Source: Sedimentisphaerales bacterium
GTDB taxonomy: Bacteria > Planctomycetota > Phycisphaerae > Sedimentisphaerales > SM23-30
DNA: 64,000 nt
Direction: 5' to 3' (one strand)
Assembly (NCBI GenBank): GCA_963666285.1
Contig: OY762711.1
The notes under the pieces were generated by a model. The model did no database searches, had not been told where the DNA came from, and worked only from the letters and a program-made list of their open reading frames with translations. Every line of letters begins with the position of its first letter. Positions within the stretch are counted from its first letter, which is position 1. Both the position numbers and the translations under genes were made by a program. Shown one piece after another: positions 9,467 to 20,204 of the stretch.

Positions 9467-11815
9467 TTACTCCGCTATTGCCCTACTGCGCCACTCGTTC
9501 AGTATTTCCCTGTCCGGACCCTCTGGAAATACCTCAATCTCACCCAACATATTGGCATAAGCCTGGGCATCTTCACTCTCAGGATCGTCAAAACCATCTA
9601 ACAGCATATTATCCGGCTCAACTTCCACCCATCCTTCAAATTCATCCAGAACTTTCTCTGAAACCAGTTTGCCATCTTCAAAGATACATAATGTATCCTG
9701 CTCACCACGCCAGTACCTCTTCCACTCGCCAACTTTCAACCCTCTATCCCATTGGCCCTCCCAAAGCAAATCGCCCAGCCAGTATTTTTTGTGATTACCG
9801 TGAAAAAGCTTACCATCATCAGTCAATTCAATTTCCTGGCAGATATGATTTTTGTTATTATAACAGTAACCCCTCATTTTTAACCCTGTACCACCATCAT
9901 CTTTCTCATACTCTACTATCTCATTTTTGGTAAATACAGACTCCAGTAAACCGGCAGAAGCTATGCCGCCGACCAATAAGCCGCACCATCCAACAATAAA
10001 TGTCAACAGCCATATTCCCAGCGTAGCAAATATACCTGTCGGCCTGGTCGATATCCTGTCCCAAAGGCCAAGAGCTTCAGATGCTATCGTATCATGTGCC
10101 CGCAATTTTCGACTTTCAGATAAAAAGTCGGCAAGACTGGCCAGCTGTTTACGCGGAATTTCGATTAAACCACCATCCTGAGATATCATACCTTCGACTT
10201 CCTCGTCGGCAATTTCTCTTTTCATTTGTTTAACAAACCTGGAATCTATATATGCCCTTTTGATGCTGACAAAATTTATAAATGCCAGTAAAAATAAAAA
10301 AAAGTCACCCGAAGAAAATGCCAGTAAAGCGAATATACATGCCGCAACTACCCGCATCCCCACTTCCAGAATCGGAAATCGACTATACAGGGTATGATGC
10401 ATAACCCAGCCGCCATCCAGCGGCATAAACGGCAGCAGGTTAAAACCATTCAAAAACAATAGCAGGAATGCCAGTTTTCGGCACATTTCATTATCGTATG
10501 CAAGCCAGAACCATATCATCACCAGGCCAAGCACTATTCCCGGCAGCGGCCCTGCCAGTGATACAAGCACTTTTTTGTATGTCGCTACGTTATGACCATA
10601 GCCGGACACTGCAGCGCCAAGAAGCGGGATAAAAAACATCTTCAAATTACGATAGCCAAACAGCCGCATCGCCAGGTAATGGCCCATCTCATGGATAAAC
10701 AATACAACAATAATATATCCAACAAAATCCAATCCCCAGCTGAACCAGCCGAGATTGAAAAAGATTACCAGCGATATCACAAGTGTTATCAGGGCATTCC
10801 ATGGATTTGGTTTTTTCTTTTGTGCCAGTTCGACCTGCTCGGCGATACTGGTTAGCCGGTCTTTCGGCACAGGTACCTCAGCTGATACACGCTCTGATAC
10901 CGTTTCTCCTGATGGAACAACTTCTGCATTATCACTATCGTCTATCTCTGCAATCAACTCTGCTCCCTGCGACTGATCTTGCTCTATTAAATTGCCATTA
11001 TTATCAAAATACCAATACCCTCTCCTTTTCTGCTCCGTCACACAAGCCTTCCAGAGTCTTTCTACATTTATATTAGGTAAACTTTCAGCAAATTTAGCTA
11101 CCTCCGAGTAACTAATTATGCATCCCTTTTCAGGTATAGCATTTCTCTTCAACTCCCTTTCTTTTGTCGTTACATAAACCAAATCATCATAAGTGGTGAT
11201 AGGTATAACAGATACTTCAGGATTTTCTTTTAGGTAATTATCGATTCTATCTTTATGTATTTCGATAAGCTCTTCAATTGTTTCAACATCAGGAATATGT
11301 TTCTTTATAACTTGTTCAATTAGAAAAAAATTATTATCATACTTTTTAGGAATTGTATCTAAAATAATATCATTTGAAAACAAGGTACTAAGGCTCACAG
11401 TTTTACAACTTGAAATAATCTTCCCGTTTATATCTTTCGTTACAATATCCGCAAAAACAGCATTCATCCAACCTTTTTCGTCACACATTGCACGACCAAA
11501 ACCTTTAGTATTAGGGAATAAATTAACAGAAGGTTCTTCGTAAAAATCTGATATTAAATCGAAATTATTTCTTTTAAAATCGTTTTCTATTTTGATATAA
11601 AATTCAAGGTCAGCATCTGAAAAATCATTATCATCCGGTATACTAATGACAAATTCTCCAAAATAAATCATTTCGCAACTATCAAGAAGAACTTTAGCTA
11701 TATTGAACAGCCTTCCTAATTTTATAAAGTAAATCAATAAAGAAATTACGCCAAGAACAAATAAAATCCAATATAAATTATCACGCAAAAAATCAATAAA
11801 TGCCAACATAGACAA
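9467..11815 (-). CDS. Site-2 (M50) intramembrane metalloprotease with long N- and C-terminal extensions
   Basis: HEMGH, SLAGP and NLLPFMPLDGG motifs among TM segments; start may be 11809. Confidence 0.88.
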   Translation of the reverse strand: MSMLAFIDFLRDNLYWILFVLGVISLLIYFIKLGRLFNIAKVLLDSCEMIYFGEFVISIPDDNDFSDADLEFYIKIENDFKRNNFDLISDFYEEPSVNLFPNTKGFGRAMCDEKGWMNAVFADIVTKDINGKIISSCKTVSLSTLFSNDIILDTIPKKYDNNFFLIEQVIKKHIPDVETIEELIEIHKDRIDNYLKENPEVSVIPITTYDDLVYVTTKERELKRNAIPEKGCIISYSEVAKFAESLPNINVERLWKACVTEQKRRGYWYFDNNGNLIEQDQSQGAELIAEIDDSDNAEVVPSGETVSERVSAEVPVPKDRLTSIAEQVELAQKKKPNPWNALITLVISLVIFFNLGWFSWGLDFVGYIIVVLFIHEMGHYLAMRLFGYRNLKMFFIPLLGAAVSGYGHNVATYKKVLVSLAGPLPGIVLGLVMIWFWLAYDNEMCRKLAFLLLFLNGFNLLPFMPLDGGWVMHHTLYSRFPILEVGMRVVAACIFALLAFSSGDFFLFLLAFINFVSIKRAYIDSRFVKQMKREIADEEVEGMISQDGGLIEIPRKQLASLADFLSESRKLRAHDTIASEALGLWDRISTRPTGIFATLGIWLLTFIVGWCGLLVGGIASAGLLESVFTKNEIVEYEKDDGGTGLKMRGYCYNNKNHICQEIELTDDGKLFHGNHKKYWLGDLLWEGQWDRGLKVGEWKRYWRGEQDTLCIFEDGKLVSEKVLDEFEGWVEVEPDNMLLDGFDDPESEDAQAYANMLGEIEVFPEGPDREILNEWRSRAIAE

Positions 11816-12035
11816 CTCCCTAAATCAATTCTTAATCCTCAATTTACGCTCAAATTCAATTTCCACAATTATAAAACTTGATATGATTATATAAATATTT
11901 TGATATTAGTCAATCCAAATGAAATTGAAAGTCGAAAACTGATTTTTCTTTCCTGTTTTGGTTTTACATCATTCAATTATGATGTATAATGTTTGCTGAT
12001 AATCAGTTATTCATTTTAATCATATAATAAAATAG

Positions 12036-15000
12036 GTGAATCAGATGCAGCATCTCAAAAAAACTATCGGAATATTGTTTTTATTTATTGTACTTCTTCA
12101 TAGCGATATATACGGAGAAGATACCTTGACACCTTCCGGATACAATTCGATCGTTTCAGCCTTCAAAACGCCAACCAATGACAACCATCTCTGGTGCTAC
12201 TGGTACTGGATAAATGATGACATATCAAAGGAAGGTATAACCAAAGACCTGACCGCGATGAAAGAAGCCGGTATAGGAACCGCCCTGATCGGTAATATAA
12301 ATCCACCTGAACAAGACGGTAAAGTGCCACTTTTCAGCGATCTATGGTGGGATTGCATGGTCCATGCCGTAAACGAAGGGAAACGGCTTGGAGTAGATAT
12401 TGGTACATTTAACTGCCCCGGATGGAGCCAGTCAGGTGGACCATGGGTAAAACCGGAAATGGCAATGAGATACCTGACATATTCCGAAACGATCGTTCAA
12501 GGGCCGGGCAAAATAACGCAAAAACTGCCAAAGCCAAAGAATGAATTCCAGGATATATACGTACTGGCATTCCCAGATCAGCATGATTATACATGCTTAA
12601 ACCTGGATAATACAACAATCAAAGTATCACCTGCTGTAGAAAACTCCAATAACTGGATTGATAATAACATGTCAACATCAGCAGCTTTTGAGGCCAAAGC
12701 ACAAAGCAGCTACTCGGTTGAATTTGACAGCCAAAAAACAATCTCTGCACGCAGCTTGACTATTTACCCGGACGTCCAGCCGCTGGCTGCTAATTGTGAA
12801 GTATTTGCTTTTATAAATGACAATTACAAACTCATCAAAACCTTCCGTTATGAACGAAGCAATCACAGCGTTAATGTTGGCCCTATTCCCCTGGGGCCGG
12901 TTGCGATAGGTCTCCCGGAAACTACTTCTAACAAATTCAAACTCATCTGGCATAACCTAAATATTCCTCAAGGCAAATCCGGTTTAAAACAAATCGTAAT
13001 TGGCGAAGAACCGGTACTGGAAAGCTACATTGAAAAGCAGCTGGGCAAAATGTTCCCTACCCCACTGCCTATGTGGGGCAGCTATTTATGGGCTGACCAG
13101 CCCCCTGTTTCAGATAATCTTACTCTGCCTGTTGAAAAAGTGATTGACATCAGCAGTAAAATGGATAAAAACGGCAATCTCAACTGGAATGCTCCCGAAG
13201 GAAAATGGACCGTCCTGCGTATAGGTATGACACCAACCGGAACCATGAATTCTCCTGCCGCACCCCAGGGTAAAGGTTATGAAATAGATAAAGCCAATGA
13301 AGAACTAATCCGCTTCCATTTCAGCCAATACGTAGGTAAACTGCTCGATAGAATACCTCCAGAAAATAGAGACGCCCTGAAATATATTGTTATGGACAGT
13401 TACGAAATGGGCTCACAAAACTGGACAGATAATTTTGAAAAAAGCTTCGAAGAACGTTATGGGTATAATCCCAAAAAGTGGCTGCCGGTATTGTCCGGTA
13501 TAATTATCGGCAGTGTCGAAGAATCTGACCGATTCCTCTGGGACCTGCGTCGTGCCGTAGCAGACGATGTGGCATATGAATATGTTGGCGGCTTAAAGAA
13601 AATATGTAACGAATACGGTCTCCAGACATGGCTGGAAAATTATGGCCATTGGGGATTTCCTTCTGAATTTCTCATGTACGGCGGCCAGTCAGACCTGGTC
13701 AGCGGAGAATTCTGGAACGAAGGAACTCTGGGTAATATAGAATGCAAAGCCGCCTCTTCCTGTGTCCATATTTATGGTAAACAGAGATGTTTTGCGGAAG
13801 CGTTTACGTCAGCCGGCAATCATTTCATCCGCCACCCGGCAATGCTAAAGAAACGAGGAGACTGGAGTTTTACCGAAGGCGTAAACCAGTTCGTATTACA
13901 TCTATACATTCAGCAGCCAGACAATAATCGCATCCCGGGCATAAACGCATGGTTTGCTACTGAATTTAACCGTCACAATACATGGTTCAAACAATCAAAA
14001 CATTGGATGGATTACAATCGTCGCTGTCAGCATATGCTTCAGCAGGGTTCTTATGCTGCTGATGTGTGCTATTTCATAAGCGAAAATACTCCCAAGATGA
14101 CAGGTGTTCGAGTGCCGGAGCTGCCGCAGGGATATTCTTATGATTATATAAATGCAGAAGTAATTTTGAATGACATGTCAGTCAAAAATGGTAAGCTTGT
14201 CTTACCTTGCGGGTCTGCTTACAGCTTAATGATACTACCTCCACTTGACACCATGCGACCAGCTGTAGTTGAAAAACTGGAATCGCTTGTACGGCAAGGA
14301 GGAATTATATATGGCCCTAAGCCTGTCAAGTCGCCAAGCCTGCAAAACTACCCGATTTGTGATCAGAAAGTGAAAACTGCTGCCGACAATTTATGGGGAA
14401 CAGAATACTCAACTGGTGAACTATCACACAACTTCGGGAAAGGAAAGGTATATAACGAAATAAGTATCGAAACAGTATTACATGAACTTGGCATTAGAAA
14501 AGATTTAACTATCCAGAATGGTTCGGTGCTTTGGACACATCGCAAGATGCCGGGAATGGACGTATATTTTCTAACAAATCAATCAGATAACAGGATATCA
14601 ATTCAACCCCAGTTCAGGGTAAAAACCGGCACACCGCAATTGTGGGATGCAGTAACAGGCGAAATCAGAATATTGAACGATTTCCAGAAATCTGTAAATG
14701 GTATCACTATTCCGCTCGTCATGGAACCGGCACAAAGCCAATTTATTGTCTTCTCTGAAGAATTGCCTGAAAAGATCGACAAAGGCTACGCCGACAACTT
14801 CCCGGAAAGAAAAATACTGCAAGCTGTAGAAGGTCCATGGAATGTACAATTTAACAATCCGATCATTAACATCAACGAAAAGAGAACATTCGATAAGCTG
14901 ATCGACTGGACAAATTCCAGTGATAATACAATTAAATACTACTCTGGAACAGCCGTTTACACAACCGAATTTATAATTGATAAAATATCCGCGGATAAAG

Positions 15001-15299
15001 ACTATTTCATTGATTTAGGAAAAGTCGGCATTATGGCCGAGGTCACAATTAACGGCAAATTTGTCGGCGGCACATGGATTGCACCAAATATTCTCAGAAT
15101 TAATGACTTTATCAAACAAGGTAAGAACACCCTAAAGATAGAAGTAGTTAACCAATGGCGTAATTACCTGGTTAAAGAAAATGGATTACCGCAAGAACAA
15201 CGAAAAACCAGGATATTGGTTGACGATACCAGAAAGGACGAACCACTTCAAGCCGCAGGACTTTCAGGGCCTGTTACCATCCAGACCATAAACAAATAA
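12036..15299 (+). CDS. Secreted glycoside hydrolase, GH106 (alpha-L-rhamnosidase-like)
   Basis: Signal peptide; WCYWYWINDDISKEGITKDL, PGWSQSGGPWV, DSYEMG, AEAFTS motifs; C-terminal beta-sandwich. Confidence 0.85.
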   Translation: MNQMQHLKKTIGILFLFIVLLHSDIYGEDTLTPSGYNSIVSAFKTPTNDNHLWCYWYWINDDISKEGITKDLTAMKEAGIGTALIGNINPPEQDGKVPLFSDLWWDCMVHAVNEGKRLGVDIGTFNCPGWSQSGGPWVKPEMAMRYLTYSETIVQGPGKITQKLPKPKNEFQDIYVLAFPDQHDYTCLNLDNTTIKVSPAVENSNNWIDNNMSTSAAFEAKAQSSYSVEFDSQKTISARSLTIYPDVQPLAANCEVFAFINDNYKLIKTFRYERSNHSVNVGPIPLGPVAIGLPETTSNKFKLIWHNLNIPQGKSGLKQIVIGEEPVLESYIEKQLGKMFPTPLPMWGSYLWADQPPVSDNLTLPVEKVIDISSKMDKNGNLNWNAPEGKWTVLRIGMTPTGTMNSPAAPQGKGYEIDKANEELIRFHFSQYVGKLLDRIPPENRDALKYIVMDSYEMGSQNWTDNFEKSFEERYGYNPKKWLPVLSGIIIGSVEESDRFLWDLRRAVADDVAYEYVGGLKKICNEYGLQTWLENYGHWGFPSEFLMYGGQSDLVSGEFWNEGTLGNIECKAASSCVHIYGKQRCFAEAFTSAGNHFIRHPAMLKKRGDWSFTEGVNQFVLHLYIQQPDNNRIPGINAWFATEFNRHNTWFKQSKHWMDYNRRCQHMLQQGSYAADVCYFISENTPKMTGVRVPELPQGYSYDYINAEVILNDMSVKNGKLVLPCGSAYSLMILPPLDTMRPAVVEKLESLVRQGGIIYGPKPVKSPSLQNYPICDQKVKTAADNLWGTEYSTGELSHNFGKGKVYNEISIETVLHELGIRKDLTIQNGSVLWTHRKMPGMDVYFLTNQSDNRISIQPQFRVKTGTPQLWDAVTGEIRILNDFQKSVNGITIPLVMEPAQSQFIVFSEELPEKIDKGYADNFPERKILQAVEGPWNVQFNNPIININEKRTFDKLIDWTNSSDNTIKYYSGTAVYTTEFIIDKISADKDYFIDLGKVGIMAEVTINGKFVGGTWIAPNILRINDFIKQGKNTLKIEVVNQWRNYLVKENGLPQEQRKTRILVDDTRKDEPLQAAGLSGPVTIQTINK

Positions 15300-15527
15300 T
15301 GGATTTATAATATTTTCAAGCTTACAGACAAAGAATGGTTTGGTACTCCCAAATCATTCTTTGTCCATTTTATGGAATGAGCTAACAAAACCCATAACTC
15401 ATTTCTAATTATACACACTTTGAACACACGTACATTTTTCTCACATATTAACATACATTCTTTGCACAATCTTCTATAAAACAATATTTCAATCATCTTT
15501 CTTAGCACCTCAATCCGGTTTTACAAT

Positions 15528-15544
15528 TTGGCATAGGAATTGCT
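15528..15544 (+). promoter_or_regulatory. sigma54 (-24/-12) promoter of the radical-SAM/GH3 operon
   Basis: TTGGCATAGGAATTGCT: exact GG-N10-GC spacing, ~70 nt before the ATG at 15614. Confidence 0.7.
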
Positions 15545-15613
15545 TTTAGCTAATCATTATATTTATGTATAATTATGCTTCTGTTAATGGAAAAATAGGA
15601 GACTTATGTACCA

Positions 15614-16984
15614 ATGAATATTCTGCTGATTATGCCGGATGCAAAAATGCACAAACTTAAAATCGGTCCATTGGTCCGATCAATGAGGGAAGCTCCACTT
15701 TCACTTGCAGTACTAGCTGCCCTGGCACCTTCGGAGCTTGACATTAATTTTCAGCTTATCGACGGCAGTATAGACAAAATCCCATACGATTCCAAACCTG
15801 ACCTGGTGGGTATCAGCGTCCTCACCGGCACAGCTAACCGGGCATACCAGATCGCCGATCATTTCAGAAGACGCAATATACCAGTTGTACTAGGCGGAGT
15901 ACACCCGACAATAATGCCGGATGAAGCTAGATTACATGCCGACAGCATCGTAATTGGCATGGCTGAAAATTCCTGGCCGCAGCTCCTGCAAGACTTTTAC
16001 GCCGGAAAACTAAAGACTACATACCGGGAATCTTCACCACCAGGTTCATGGCTGCTAAACATTCCTTCACCAAGAATGGACCTCATTAGAAAAACAGGAT
16101 ATATGCTGCCTAATAGTGCTCATGCAACCCGCGGATGCAGCAAAACATGCGATTTCTGCTCTGTACCTACAGTATGGAACAGGTTCCAGAAAAGACCTGT
16201 CAGCGATGTAGTTCGAGACATTAAACAGTTAAACTCAAAATATATTGCTTTTGGCGATGTTAATCTGATAGACGATATCGAATATGCCAAAGAACTTTTT
16301 ACCGCCCTGATAAAATTAAACATCAAATGGGGAGGTCTGGCTACAACAGAGGTAACCAAAGACCCAGAACTGTTTGAGCTTATGGTACAAAGCGGATGCA
16401 AATTCCTGCTGATAGGTTTCGAATCTGTAAACCAGCAGGCACTAAATTCAATCGCAAAAGGCTTCAACCATAATAAACAGTACCAGGAACTTATAAACCA
16501 ACTTCACTCAGCAGGAATCTCTATACAAGGATGCTTTGTCTTTGGCTTCGACCATGATGACACTTCTGTTTTTACTAACACCGTCGAAAGTGTTCAACAG
16601 CTAAAAATTGACATCCCCAGATATTCCATCTATACACCATATCCCGGTACAAGGCTATTTAACAGGCTTATGACCCAAAATCGCATTTTGAGCCTTAACT
16701 GGGAAGACTACGATACTATGCATGTGGTTTATCAACCAGAAAGAATGTCTCCTGAAGAGCTATACCATGGTTTCAAGTGGGCCTACAAAGAAACTTTCAA
16801 GCTTAGCCGCATAATCCGTCGTACAGCATCATTTAGCATTTCGTGCCCAATAAATTTCTTTGGCAACCTTACCTACAAGATATTTGTTAACAGGCTATAT
16901 AACGACCAGCGATTTGCCTTACCATTCACCAGGCAGACAAATATTGACTCAGGCAAAATGAATCTGGAGAAAAATAATGGCTGA
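15614..16984 (+). CDS. B12-binding radical SAM enzyme
   Basis: N-terminal B12-binding Rossmann domain (DLVGIS...VVLGGVHPT); RGCSKTCDFC; IGFES; TPYPGT. Confidence 0.92.
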   Translation: MNILLIMPDAKMHKLKIGPLVRSMREAPLSLAVLAALAPSELDINFQLIDGSIDKIPYDSKPDLVGISVLTGTANRAYQIADHFRRRNIPVVLGGVHPTIMPDEARLHADSIVIGMAENSWPQLLQDFYAGKLKTTYRESSPPGSWLLNIPSPRMDLIRKTGYMLPNSAHATRGCSKTCDFCSVPTVWNRFQKRPVSDVVRDIKQLNSKYIAFGDVNLIDDIEYAKELFTALIKLNIKWGGLATTEVTKDPELFELMVQSGCKFLLIGFESVNQQALNSIAKGFNHNKQYQELINQLHSAGISIQGCFVFGFDHDDTSVFTNTVESVQQLKIDIPRYSIYTPYPGTRLFNRLMTQNRILSLNWEDYDTMHVVYQPERMSPEELYHGFKWAYKETFKLSRIIRRTASFSISCPINFFGNLTYKIFVNRLYNDQRFALPFTRQTNIDSGKMNLEKNNG

Positions 16985-18323
16985 TATTACTTTTATATAT
17001 CCGTGCATGGGTAGATTTACCGACACAAAATATGTCAAATCCTGGCAAATGCAGCCGTTATCTATTGCTGTTCTTTCCGGCCTCACTCCCGCAGACTGGA
17101 CAAAAACTTTTTTTGATGACCGGCTCGAAGATATTAACTACAACCGGCCAACCGACCTGGTCGCTATATCTGTTGAAACCTATAACTCAAAGCGAGCCTA
17201 CCAGATCGCTGCCGAATATCGCCAACAGAATATACCAGTGATCATGGGCGGGTTCCACCCAACTTTCTGCCCGGAAGAAACACTCGAACATGCAAATGCT
17301 ATCTGTATTGGTGAAGCTGAACCAATTTGGCAACAGGTTCTGGAAGACTTCTCAGCAGGCAATCTGCAGCAAATATATCAGGGACAAGCACCGGAAACCA
17401 TCAGCACTGTATTCGATCGCTCAATATTTTCCGGTAAGAAATACCTCGATATCGAACTGGTAGAATACGGCCGCGGCTGTAAGTTCAAATGCAATTTCTG
17501 CTCTATTACCGCGTTCCATAATGCAACATACAAACAAAGAAACCTGGATGATATCATCTGCGAACTAAAAAAACTCAAAGGGGAAAATATATTCTTTGTT
17601 GATGACAATATAGTCGCCGACATCCCCAGACTCAAACATATGCTCCGCGCTATTATACCGCTAAAACTCACATGGGTCAGTCAGGGAAGCATAAATATGG
17701 CATCAGATAATGAATTGCTGGAACTAATGGTCCAAAGCGGATGTGCCGGGGTATTAATTGGATTCGAATCTCTCGACCACACCAACATGAAACTCATGAA
17801 TAAAGGTGTTAACCAGATTGATGGTTTCCCAACAGCCCTGGACAAACTGCGTAAAGCCGGGCTGAGAATCTACGGAACATTTATATTTGGCTACCCCAAT
17901 GATTCCGACGAGCTTGTCAAACAAACACTGAAATTCTCCAGGCAGCAAAAACTATTCATGGCAGCCTTTAACCATCTTGTCATTTTTCCGGGCACAAAGT
18001 TATACGAACAAGTCAACTCTTCAGGTAATCTGACAAATCCAAAATGGTGGCTCGATGAAAATTATCGTTTTGGCGATGTAGTGTACCAGCCGGAAAGCTC
18101 TTTCAGTGCCGAAAAAATCGAACAAACATGCATGGAGCTAAGACGCAAATATTACAGCCTCCCTTCGATACTTAAACGAAGCCTGGATTTCAAAGCCAAC
18201 TGCCGTACATTTAAATCAGCGGTTACATACTGGGGACTAAACCTGATGCTGAAACGAGAAATTGACCAGAAATTCGGGCTGCCGCTGGGACTTAGAAATC
18301 ATAACCAGGCAAAAAGGAACTAA
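16977..18323 (+). CDS. B12-binding radical SAM enzyme (second paralog)
   Basis: DLVAIS...VIMGGFHPT; RGCKFKCNFC; FFVDDN; IGFES; overlaps previous stop. Confidence 0.92.
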   Translation: MADITFIYPCMGRFTDTKYVKSWQMQPLSIAVLSGLTPADWTKTFFDDRLEDINYNRPTDLVAISVETYNSKRAYQIAAEYRQQNIPVIMGGFHPTFCPEETLEHANAICIGEAEPIWQQVLEDFSAGNLQQIYQGQAPETISTVFDRSIFSGKKYLDIELVEYGRGCKFKCNFCSITAFHNATYKQRNLDDIICELKKLKGENIFFVDDNIVADIPRLKHMLRAIIPLKLTWVSQGSINMASDNELLELMVQSGCAGVLIGFESLDHTNMKLMNKGVNQIDGFPTALDKLRKAGLRIYGTFIFGYPNDSDELVKQTLKFSRQQKLFMAAFNHLVIFPGTKLYEQVNSSGNLTNPKWWLDENYRFGDVVYQPESSFSAEKIEQTCMELRRKYYSLPSILKRSLDFKANCRTFKSAVTYWGLNLMLKREIDQKFGLPLGLRNHNQAKRN

Positions 18324-18324
18324 A

Positions 18325-19431
18325 ATGCCTCTTGTTTACTCTATAGCAGAAAAAGCAGATGAACCTCAGCTGCGTCAGCTAATGAGGAACTGCACGATGA
18401 AAGGAGCTGTTGAACTGGCTTTCCTCCAGGAGCCGGACTTCATTAAAGCTCAGCAGGTACATGGTCGTTTTGTTGAAACATATGTAGCACATGAATCGGA
18501 AAATAATACAATAGTAGGCATGGGTACCAGAGCTGTTAAACCCGCATACATCAATGGTAAACTTGACAATATTGGGTATCTATGTAATTTGAGACTGTTA
18601 AGCGAATATCAAAAAGGAACCGCCCTCGCCCGGGGTTATAAGATGTTCCGTCACGGCCATAACGACTCCAGAACAAACTTATACCTGTCAACGATCATCG
18701 AGGACAATATCAAAGCTCGCACAATCCTGGAATCAGGCCGTGCCGCACTACCTGTTTACACAGATATCGGCAGATTTCGCTCTTTCGTTTTCAGTCTAAG
18801 GCAAAAAGTTAAGCAGGCAAGAAACAAAAGCATTGCCATAAAAAGAGCTTCAAAAGATAATGTTGATGAAATCGTAAAATTCCTCAATACCGAAGGGGCG
18901 AACAAACAGTTTTTCCCTCAATATTTTCATGCAGACCTGACCGGTAATAACGGGATACTTCCCAATCTGAACCTCAGAGATATCTACCTGGCTTATAGCA
19001 ACAGCAAGCTTATAGGGATTACTGCAGCCTGGGACCAGACTCAATTCAGACAAAACCTAATAGTTGGATATGATCGCACAATTAAACATATCAGACCCAT
19101 CATAAATTTCGGGCTGGGTATTGCCGGGTACCCTACCTTTCCAAAACCAGGCACAATCCTGAAATGCTTTACACTAGGCCTGATATGCATAAAGAACAAC
19201 GAACCGAAAATTTTTTCAATTCTGATAGATAGCATTATTTCTGATCGCAAAAACACATATTCGCTCATGATCGCCGGACTGCATGAGAATGACTCACTAT
19301 TGAAAGTACTGACAAAACAAAAAGGGATCGCTTATAACAGCAGGTTATACGCTGTCTGCTGGGACAAAGATAAAAAGATGTTAGACAAACTAGATAATAA
19401 GATACCATATTTAGAATTGGGGGCACTATAA
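18325..19431 (+). CDS. Hypothetical protein, probable tandem GNAT-fold acyltransferase
   Basis: IGYLCNLRLLSEYQKGTALARGY resembles GNAT motif A; ATG at 18325 follows an AAGGA RBS. Confidence 0.6.
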   Translation: MPLVYSIAEKADEPQLRQLMRNCTMKGAVELAFLQEPDFIKAQQVHGRFVETYVAHESENNTIVGMGTRAVKPAYINGKLDNIGYLCNLRLLSEYQKGTALARGYKMFRHGHNDSRTNLYLSTIIEDNIKARTILESGRAALPVYTDIGRFRSFVFSLRQKVKQARNKSIAIKRASKDNVDEIVKFLNTEGANKQFFPQYFHADLTGNNGILPNLNLRDIYLAYSNSKLIGITAAWDQTQFRQNLIVGYDRTIKHIRPIINFGLGIAGYPTFPKPGTILKCFTLGLICIKNNEPKIFSILIDSIISDRKNTYSLMIAGLHENDSLLKVLTKQKGIAYNSRLYAVCWDKDKKMLDKLDNKIPYLELGAL

Positions 19432-20198
19432 TGAACCTTACCGGTAAAGTAGTTAATGTGAATAAACTTGGCGACGAAACCGTAAAACAGATGTTCAACC
19501 TGATGAAAAAGCATTATGACAATGTTGACTGGCATGTCTTTGTTGAAGATTTATACGAAAAAGACTGGGTGATACTATTGAATAATAATTTCGCATTGAA
19601 AGGCTTTTCCACGCAAATGCTAATAGAATATCGCCTGAATGGAGAAAAAGTAAACGTTGTATTCTCTGGCGACACTATAATCGACAAAGACTATTGGGGA
19701 TCAATAGCTTTACCGGTTACTTTCGGCAAAATGATGTTAGAAATTAAAACACAATCCGCAGGCAAAAAACTGTTCTGGTTCCTCATCAGTAAAGGATTTC
19801 GAACGTACAGATTTCTGCCTGTGTTTTTTAAAACTTACTACCCGGGAACAGACAGCAACACAGATAATTTCGCCCTTCAGCTATTACATAAAATAGCAGC
19901 AGAGCGTTATGGCGATAAATACAACCCCCGATCCAGTGTTATTAGTGTTGACAGGTTCTCCCAGAAGGTCAAACCGGGCCTGTGTGACATAACTGAAACA
20001 AATAGGAAAAACAAACACATAGCATTCTTTGAGCAGACCAATCCCGGCTATATCCTAGGAGAAGAGCTAGCCTGTATAGCACGCTTTGACCATGAAAACC
20101 TTACACCATTTATTCTCAAACGGATCATGCCTGGTCAGACAATTATCGAAAATAACATCAAAAGTTGTCATAATAAAAAAAGTTTTGCAATCCACTAG
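19431..20198 (+). CDS. Conserved hypothetical protein, GNAT-like fold
   Basis: FSGDTIIDKDYWG and WFLISKGFRTYRFLPVFF motifs; TAATG-coupled to previous gene. Confidence 0.55.
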   Translation: MNLTGKVVNVNKLGDETVKQMFNLMKKHYDNVDWHVFVEDLYEKDWVILLNNNFALKGFSTQMLIEYRLNGEKVNVVFSGDTIIDKDYWGSIALPVTFGKMMLEIKTQSAGKKLFWFLISKGFRTYRFLPVFFKTYYPGTDSNTDNFALQLLHKIAAERYGDKYNPRSSVISVDRFSQKVKPGLCDITETNRKNKHIAFFEQTNPGYILGEELACIARFDHENLTPFILKRIMPGQTIIENNIKSCHNKKSFAIH

Positions 20199-20204
20199 AC
20201 AATT

